Assembly: GCA_023136205.1 (NCBI GenBank)
Contig: JAGLRQ010000089.1
Span: forward strand, 1-8,857
Reading direction: 5' to 3'
Source: Candidatus Auribacterota bacterium
GTDB lineage: Bacteria > Auribacterota > UBA6266
DNA: 8,857 nt
The notes beneath the pieces are model-generated. The model was not told where the DNA came from. It ran no database searches and saw nothing but the letters and a program-made list of their open reading frames with translations. The position numbers and the translations under genes are program-made. Positions 1 to 5,182 of the stretch are shown piece after piece. Within the stretch, counting starts at the first letter, position 1, and every line of letters begins with the position of its first letter.

Positions 1-494
1 TTAGCTAAAAGAATCTTTCTTTCCTTGTCCATAACAAAAACTATATCTGTCATGGAATTAAAGGTAGCTTCCCATTTCTCTTTAGCCCGCGAGGTTTCCT
101 GTAAAAGACGGCTGTTTTCCAGCACAAGACGGCGGTGTTCAACACTCCTCTTAAGCTCAGCGAGAAGCCGCCCCATATCAAGCGGCTTAGTAAGATATGA
201 ACTAACACCGGCTTCCACAGCGCCTATCGCGGTTTCTATGGAAGCAAAACCGGTGATAATAATAGTTTCGATATCGGGATTGATTTCCTTCAACCGGGAA
301 ATAAGTTTCTCTCCTGATATGTCAGGAAGCTTAATGTCCACAATAGCAACATCAATCAGCTGTTCTCCTATTGTCCTGAGGGCCGACACGCCATCAGCCG
401 CCGTGAAAACATTGTAACCCTCTTCACAAAGAATATCCGAGAGGGACTCTCGCTGGTTTTCAACATCTTCCACAATAAGTACATGCGGCTTCAT
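1..494 (-). CDS. Response regulator receiver domain protein with coiled-coil linker and the beginning of a PAS domain. Partial: the 3' end runs off the window and 164 codons are visible.
   Basis: My own translation of the reverse complement from ATG at 494..492 gives MKPHVLIVEDVENQRESLSDILCEEGYNVFTAADGVSALRTIGEQLIDVAIVDIKLPDISGEKLISRLKEINPDIETIIITGFASIETAIGAVEAGVSSYLTKPLDMGRLLAELKRSVEHRRLVLENSRLLQETSRAKEKWEATFNSMTDIVFVMDKERKILLA, with no stop before position 1. REC signature residues are present: E9-D10 acidic pair, phospho-acceptor D53 (IVDIKLP, codon 336..338), T81 (ITGF) and K103-P104 (LTKPL). The tail FNSMTDIVFVMDKERKIL looks like the start of a PAS fold. An SD-like AAGGA (503..507 on the plus strand as tcctt) lies 8 nt upstream of the ATG. 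The ORF is absent from the supplied track because it is truncated. The track ORF 25..417(+) is its antisense shadow. Confidence 0.85.
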   Translation of the reverse strand, partial: MKPHVLIVEDVENQRESLSDILCEEGYNVFTAADGVSALRTIGEQLIDVAIVDIKLPDISGEKLISRLKEINPDIETIIITGFASIETAIGAVEAGVSSYLTKPLDMGRLLAELKRSVEHRRLVLENSRLLQETSRAKEKWEATFNSMTDIVFVMDKERKILLA

Positions 495-680
495 AATTAC
501 TATCCTTTCGCTTACCATTAACGGTTCCGATGGAAAAAATCATCCAGAACCTGGTTGCGTATTTTCCCGCTGCCGGCCGATAAGACAGCAAAAACAACCG
601 CGAGGCTTTCTAATATCTGTATAAATCCCATGGATTTTTCTACAAAAAGGAAGCTCTGTAAAACGAGGTATTTAAAAAAT

Positions 681-1046
681 CTACTTTATCTGCGCTATTT
701 CCGATATGGCCTGTAATAGTTTTCCCGGATCATTATCTTTTAATAGGAACTTATCTGCCATCCTCGCATATGGTGAATCTTCATATTTTTTAAAACCAGT
801 GTAAATTATAATTTTCGTGTCAGGCGACAGGGCTTTTATAGTAGCAAAAATTTCAATACCTCCTTTTTCAGGCATCATGAGATCTAAAACAATGATACGC
901 GGAGGGTCTTCCTTTAAGCAGGCCAGGATTTCATAACCGTTACTAACAGTCTCAACCGCGTAGCCTTTCTCCGTCAGTATATCCTTCCATGTTTGACAAA
1001 TATCAGGGCTATCATCAGCAATTACTATTTTAATTTTACCCTTCAT
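681..1046 (-). CDS. Single-domain (CheY-like) response regulator receiver, 121 aa
   Basis: Track ORF. REC signature: D11-D12 (IADDSPD), phospho-acceptor D55 (IIVLDLMMP, codon 882..884), T83 (IYTGF) and K103 (FLLKDND). There is no output domain. No clear Shine-Dalgarno sequence precedes the ATG (upstream on the minus strand: tatggtaaaattaaattATG). Confidence 0.9.
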   Translation of the reverse strand: MKGKIKIVIADDSPDICQTWKDILTEKGYAVETVSNGYEILACLKEDPPRIIVLDLMMPEKGGIEIFATIKALSPDTKIIIYTGFKKYEDSPYARMADKFLLKDNDPGKLLQAISEIAQIK

Positions 1047-1060
1047 AATTTAATTTTACC
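1029..1060. repeat. 12-nt direct repeat tttaattttacc (1029..1040 and 1049..1060) straddling the start codon of the 121-aa receiver gene
   Basis: Read directly from the sequence. On the minus strand GGTAAAATTAAA occurs once as codons 3-6 (G K I K) and once immediately upstream of the ATG, offset by 20 nt. Confidence 0.8.
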
Positions 1061-1081
1061 ATAAACTAATTAATTTTTGAA
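1053..1081 (-). promoter_or_regulatory. Candidate sigma70-type promoter for the 121-aa receiver gene (speculative)
   Basis: On the minus strand: TTCAAA (1081..1076), a 17-nt spacer, then TGgTAAAAT (extended -10; the TAAAAT hexamer is 1058..1053). This would give a very short or leaderless 5' UTR, consistent with the missing SD. The region is extremely AT-rich, so matches of this kind arise easily by chance. Confidence 0.2.
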
Positions 1082-1092
1082 AATTAAATTAG
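1066..1092. repeat. Imperfect AT-rich inverted repeat (about 12 bp per arm, one bulged base) in the 87-bp spacer
   Basis: The sequence ctaattaatttt-tg-aaaatt(a)aattag pairs 1066-1071 with 1087-1092 and 1072-1077 with 1080-1085, leaving A1086 unpaired. It overlaps the candidate -35 element. It could be an operator or a weak AU hairpin downstream of the stop at 1134. Confidence 0.4.
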
Positions 1093-1133
1093 CTGTCATT
1101 TCCCAAATTTTAATATTTTACACGAAAAATTAT

Positions 1134-2702
1134 CTATTTTTTCCGCATTGTTGATAAAAATACTTTTACTATTTTCGGGTCAAACTGAGTGCCTGAACCT
1201 TTTTTAATAATATCTAACGCCTCCTTTTTGGCATATGCTTTCCGATACGGCCTGTCCGAAGTTAACGCCTGGTATACATCAGCAACAGAAATAATTCTGG
1301 CGCCCAACGGTATTTCTTCCCCTCTCAGCCCGGAAGAATAACCCAATCCATCAAATCTCTCATGATGACAAAGAACCATAGGAACTACATCACTTAAAAA
1401 CTGAATGGAACGAATGATTTCCGCTCCAATCTGAGGATGTTTCTTTATTTTTTCATATTCTTTCGTGGTAAGTTTTCCTCTTTTGTTTAAAATGTTGTCG
1501 GGAACCCCAATTTTGCCCAGGTCATGCAGTATAACAGCCTGCGTCAGATTTTCCATCTCCGTATCAGAAACCCCCAGTTTCCTGCCAATTTCGGTAACCA
1601 TAGGAACCATACTTTCGGAATGACTGATTGTATAATAATCTTTCGCCTCCATAGTTCTGGCAAAGGCATTAACCGATTCCAACAGAGTTTGATTTACTCT
1701 ATCTGTCATTTTTGAAAGCTTACCTTTTAATCTATATATACCCGGTTTTCCCCTTTCATCAACTATGTTTTCCAGATTTCCCTTCCCCAACCCTCTGGAA
1801 GTAGATATCCGGTTTCCCCCCATTTCCTTCGCGGCCCGCAAAGCCCGGTCAGCCAGAATCAAAAGGCTTGATTCTGTATCCGCGGCATCTTCAGGAAAGC
1901 TGGAAATTCCCAGGCTCACTTTAATCTTTATTCTTTTGCCCTCCGGATCAAAGACGTGTTTATTTAATGTTTTTAACAGCCGTTTCCCCAGCATAACAAC
2001 ACCTTCTTTATTTATATCGGACAGAAGAATCAAAAATTCTTCACCTCCATATCGGACAACAATATCATTGGCTCTGGAAAAATCTGTTAAACAGCCGGCA
2101 AATTCTTTTAAAATAATATCTCCGTATTGATGGCCGTACACATCATTAACGGATTTAAAATAATCTATGTCCAACATTATAATGGAAAGCGGCAGAACAT
2201 ATCTTTTTGCCCTCTTAAGCTCCGCGAACAATCTGTCCTTTAAGTATCTATAGTTATAAAGGCCTGTAAGAGGGTCTTTTAAGCTAAACTCTTCCAGTTT
2301 TTTCAATAAAGCTTTATTATCCAGTGAAAGTTGTTGAACATTGAGAGCCTTTTTTATGGTTACTTTCACCTCATCCATATTAAGCGGTTTTTGAAGATAG
2401 GCAAAAGCGCCTTTATTCATAGCGGCAATAGAACTTTTCAGGGACGCGAATCCTGTAAATACCATTACTATCGTTTCGCTTTTTCCCTTTTTGATTTCAT
2501 TTAGTAATTCTAACCCTAAACCGTCAGGAAGATTAAGGTCAACCATGATTATATTATAAAATTTATTTTTTAGCCTTTCTTTGGCAAGCGCGATAGTCCC
2601 GGCGATTGTTACTTCATAGCCTTCTTCTGCTAATATATCTTTCAGGGTTTCACAAATATTGGCATCATCATCAACCACAAGTACGCGGAAATCTTTCTGC
2701 AT
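1134..2702 (-). CDS. REC-GGDEF-HD-GYP protein: phosphorylation-controlled putative diguanylate cyclase plus c-di-GMP phosphodiesterase, 522 aa
   Basis: Track ORF. REC: D11-D13, phospho-acceptor D55 (IIMVDLNLP, codon 2538..2540), T83 (FTGF) and K105-P106 (LQKPL). A coiled-coil linker follows (aa ~120-142). GGDEF domain: DPLTGLYNYRYL..., IMLDIDYFKSVND, and active-site GGEEF at aa 219-223 (2034..2048). The inhibitory-site R210-A-N-D213 (2064..2075) sits exactly 5 residues upstream of GGEEF. HD-GYP domain: HSESM (H361), LHDLGK (H393-D394, 1521..1526), KKHPQ, CHHERFDGLGYSSGL (aa 445-459, with GYS at 1335..1343) and VADVYQALTSDRPYRKAY. The start lies 6 nt after the stop of the upstream kinase gene, and AAAGGA sits within the kinase 3' end. 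Confidence 0.93.
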   Translation of the reverse strand: MQKDFRVLVVDDDANICETLKDILAEEGYEVTIAGTIALAKERLKNKFYNIIMVDLNLPDGLGLELLNEIKKGKSETIVMVFTGFASLKSSIAAMNKGAFAYLQKPLNMDEVKVTIKKALNVQQLSLDNKALLKKLEEFSLKDPLTGLYNYRYLKDRLFAELKRAKRYVLPLSIIMLDIDYFKSVNDVYGHQYGDIILKEFAGCLTDFSRANDIVVRYGGEEFLILLSDINKEGVVMLGKRLLKTLNKHVFDPEGKRIKIKVSLGISSFPEDAADTESSLLILADRALRAAKEMGGNRISTSRGLGKGNLENIVDERGKPGIYRLKGKLSKMTDRVNQTLLESVNAFARTMEAKDYYTISHSESMVPMVTEIGRKLGVSDTEMENLTQAVILHDLGKIGVPDNILNKRGKLTTKEYEKIKKHPQIGAEIIRSIQFLSDVVPMVLCHHERFDGLGYSSGLRGEEIPLGARIISVADVYQALTSDRPYRKAYAKKEALDIIKKGSGTQFDPKIVKVFLSTMRKK

Positions 2703-2708
2703 TCTTTC

Positions 2709-4763
2709 TCATCCTTTAATTGGCAGTTTAACTCTCATAACAGTCCCCTTGCCGGCTTCGCTTTTGAAATCGATACTCCCGCCGTGTGCCTTCACAATAA
2801 CGCTGGAGATAGACAGCCCTAAGCCTGTTCCCCGGGGTTTGGTAGAAAAAAACGGCTTAAAAAGATTTTCTTTATCTTCTTCCCTTATCCCCGGGCCGGT
2901 ATCTTCAAATAAAAGGCTGATAAAACCGCCTGATCTCGCCGCCTTCACAGTTAATTTCCCCTCTTCTTTATTCTCCATTACCTGTACAGCGTTTAAGATT
3001 ATATTTACAAAAACCCGGCCAATTTGTATTTTATCAGCCCGGATATCCGGCAAATCTTCATCTATTCGCGTAATTACTTCTGTTTTTTCAGGAATTTTAA
3101 CCTTCGCAAGGCTGTCCGCCAGAATATTTTTTACATTTACAGTTTTAATTTGCGGTTTTTTGGTTTTCACAAATGTCAAAATGTTTTCGATAATCTGATT
3201 GCTTTCCTTAATTTCCTTTTCTAATATATTCAAGTGTTTATTTATTTTTTCATCTTCGCTCTGCATCTTCATCTTAAGGAAATAAACGGAATTGCCCATA
3301 ACACACAATTGATTGCTGAATTCATGGCCTATTACACTCGCGACCTTTCCCATCGCCGCAAGATTTTCGGAGCGGATTAACCTTTCCTGAAGATCTTTTA
3401 ACTCCCTCAGGTCCTTTGCCATCCCCATAAGCCCTGTGATTATCCCTTCTTTATTTCTTATAACCGAACCGCTTAACAAAACAGGGATTTCTACCTTGCT
3501 TTTAGTTAAATATGTCATTTCACAATTTTTTAAATAACCGTCTTCTGTCATTTTCTTTAGATTCGCGCCTTCAAAAGGCGTTTTTTCCCCAAATAGCCGG
3601 CGCGACGGCTTGCCAATCAGGGCTTTTTGTTCATACCCCAGAAGCTTACACATAGCTTTATTAACCTCTTTAATCCTTCCATCAACATCAACCGCGATTA
3701 AAGTATCGAGCATGTTTTCAATAATATTATCCACATAATCTTTTGAAACAGTTGTCCGCTCTAAATCCTCTGTCATTTTGTTAAACGACTGTGCCAGTTC
3801 TCCAATCTCATCAGAAGATTCTACAGCTACCCTGCAGGATAAATCTCCCTTAGAGATAGTTACGGTCGCGGCGGACAATTTGTAAATGGGCTTGGTTATG
3901 CTCCGCGAAAGAAAAAGACTTATCCCGCTTCCAAACGATACTGCTAAAATAACCGCTGCCCATACTACACCTATCATCGCCCTCTCGGCAGAATCTATTC
4001 TTCCTTCTACAATTTCTATGATCTTTAGTACCGTATTCTGTGTCTTTCTGCCGCTTTTTCTCATGCTCAAAATATTATTCTCTCTAACCTCGCTATTTTC
4101 AATAAGGCGTTCAAATACAATTAGATACTCATCAGCCATCGCGATAACTTTTTCATCTTCAGTTATCTCTTTCAGTACTTTTATTTTGTTCTTTATTCTA
4201 TCTACATATTCACTCTTAGGATAAAAAACGTAATAATGCATCTGCGCATGAGCCTCTGATACGGATTGCAAAATATTTACAGATGTTGTGTTGTTTTGGC
4301 CTTGAGAAAATTCATGGAGTTTTTCAATAATTGCCTCCAGGTTTTTTATTATCTCTTTTCTCTCTTTACAGCTGGTTTCAACATTTTTCAAAAATAGTTC
4401 ATAATTATCGAGTTCTACCAGTATTATGCCGCCGAACTCCCTTTCCGATACCGCAAATTTTCTTTCCCCCTCCCCTACTAATTTTCTCAAGGCACTCAAG
4501 TTACCATGAAGTTTCTCCAAATATGTTTTTTCCTCTTTTTCGTCTAATACCGCTCTTTTATAACCACCCAGCAATAAAATATTTTTCTCCTGTCTTCTAC
4601 ACTCCAGAACTTCTATTTCAATGTTTTTACATATTTTAATTTCTTCAATGTTTTCTTTCATTTCGCTTATGTTAATGAGGGCAACAATTCCTATAATAAT
4701 TGACAAGGCAATACAGAATGTAATCCCCAGCGTAAGCTTAGCCCCTATCCGCAATCTCTTCAT
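2709..4763 (-). CDS. Membrane-bound sensor histidine kinase (TM - extracytoplasmic helical domain - TM - HAMP - PAS - DHp - HATPase_c), 684 aa
   Basis: Track ORF. Hydrophobic segments lie at aa ~9-31 (LTLGITFCIALSIIIGIVALI) and aa ~263-286 (IGVVWAAVILAVSFGSGISLFLS), flanking a ~230-aa charged, helix-prone region. A HAMP-like segment follows (KPIYKLSAATVTISKGDLSCRVAVESSDEIGELAQSFNKMTEDLE, ~3747..3905). The PAS-like segment is NIIENMLDTLIAVDVDGRIKEVNKAMCKLLGYEQKALIGK...EIPVLLSGSVIRNKEGIITGLMGMAKD (~3408..3744). The H-box is VIGHEFSNQL with H480 (codon 3324..3326). ATP-binding motifs: N-box NIILNAVQVM, G1 EDTGPGI, F-box FKPFFSTK and G2 GTGLGLSIS. A purine-rich GGGGAAG lies 9 nt upstream of the ATG. 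Confidence 0.93.
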   Translation of the reverse strand: MKRLRIGAKLTLGITFCIALSIIIGIVALINISEMKENIEEIKICKNIEIEVLECRRQEKNILLLGGYKRAVLDEKEEKTYLEKLHGNLSALRKLVGEGERKFAVSEREFGGIILVELDNYELFLKNVETSCKERKEIIKNLEAIIEKLHEFSQGQNNTTSVNILQSVSEAHAQMHYYVFYPKSEYVDRIKNKIKVLKEITEDEKVIAMADEYLIVFERLIENSEVRENNILSMRKSGRKTQNTVLKIIEIVEGRIDSAERAMIGVVWAAVILAVSFGSGISLFLSRSITKPIYKLSAATVTISKGDLSCRVAVESSDEIGELAQSFNKMTEDLERTTVSKDYVDNIIENMLDTLIAVDVDGRIKEVNKAMCKLLGYEQKALIGKPSRRLFGEKTPFEGANLKKMTEDGYLKNCEMTYLTKSKVEIPVLLSGSVIRNKEGIITGLMGMAKDLRELKDLQERLIRSENLAAMGKVASVIGHEFSNQLCVMGNSVYFLKMKMQSEDEKINKHLNILEKEIKESNQIIENILTFVKTKKPQIKTVNVKNILADSLAKVKIPEKTEVITRIDEDLPDIRADKIQIGRVFVNIILNAVQVMENKEEGKLTVKAARSGGFISLLFEDTGPGIREEDKENLFKPFFSTKPRGTGLGLSISSVIVKAHGGSIDFKSEAGKGTVMRVKLPIKG

Positions 4764-4791
4764 TGTAATTTTCTTCCCCGATTAACTTTTA

Positions 4792-5166
4792 TTAACAATG
4801 AGTATTTTTCAACATGCCGAGCAATTTGTTAATATCTATAGGTTTTTGAATAATTTCAAACTCACCGTTATTTAATCCCTCTTTGTAAAAAATATCATCC
4901 GCAAAAGCCGTTATCATAATAACGAGTGTATGTGGAACAATCTGCTTCAAAACCTTTAAGGTGTCTATGCCGTTTATTCCCGGCATTTTAACATCCATGA
5001 GAATAGCATTAAATTTGTTGTTTTTTACAGCTTCAATTGCCTGGTAACCGTCATAAACCGCGACAGTTTCATAACCCTTAAACTCAAGAATATCTGACAG
5101 ATTCTTACACAATTTCTTATTATCATCTACAATAAGTATCTTAAGTTTCGTCTTCAAAGTATTCAT
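4792..5166 (-). CDS. Single-domain (CheY-like) response regulator receiver, 124 aa. The start is moved to an internal ATG relative to the track ORF.
   Basis: The track ORF 4792..5265 begins inside the upstream kinase gene. I prefer the ATG at 5166..5164 (MNTLKTKLKILIVDDN...). It lies 16 nt after the upstream stop (TAA, 5183..5185), is preceded by AGGAAGGG about 7 nt upstream, and leaves a normal-length lead-in to the first REC strand. REC signature: D14-D15, phospho-acceptor D58 (ILMDVKMP, codon 4993..4995), T86 (MITAF) and K108-P109 (IQKPI). Confidence 0.85.
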   Translation of the reverse strand: MNTLKTKLKILIVDDNKKLCKNLSDILEFKGYETVAVYDGYQAIEAVKNNKFNAILMDVKMPGINGIDTLKVLKQIVPHTLVIMITAFADDIFYKEGLNNGEFEIIQKPIDINKLLGMLKNTHC

Positions 5167-5182
5167 ATCCTTTCCCTTCCTG

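Noticed and set aside
530-583. A tiny plus-strand ORF (MEKIIQNLVAYFPAAGR, 17 aa) in the intergenic region, plus a 28-aa plus-strand ORF from 630 that runs into the 3' end of the receiver gene.
   Set aside because: Neither has an SD, neither has supporting context on the plus strand (no other plus-strand gene in the window), and both are within chance expectation for their length.
495-680. The 186-bp intergenic region, searched for a sigma-54 promoter (GG-N10-GC), a sigma-70 promoter, an intrinsic terminator and a riboswitch-like structure. Elements noted were a GG...GC pair in cgcGGttgtttttGCtg (minus strand) and a small hairpin AAATCC-cat-GGATTT at 623..637.
   Set aside because: The GG/GC spacing is 8 nt rather than 10, and the flanking bases do not match TGGCAC/TTGC. 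The hairpin has a 6-bp AT-rich stem with a 3-nt loop and no U-tract on the transcribed (minus) strand. The only sigma-70-like hexamers are weak (TTGTAG / TATACA). A promoter for the REC-PAS gene probably lies here, but I cannot place it.
1026-1046. An alternative downstream non-ATG start for the 121-aa receiver, using GAAGGG (just after the ATG) as the SD with ATT or ATA as the start codon.
   Set aside because: Spacing to ATT is only about 4 nt, and ATT/ATA starts are rare. The ATG at 1046 gives a standard MKGKIKIVIADD lead-in to the REC domain.
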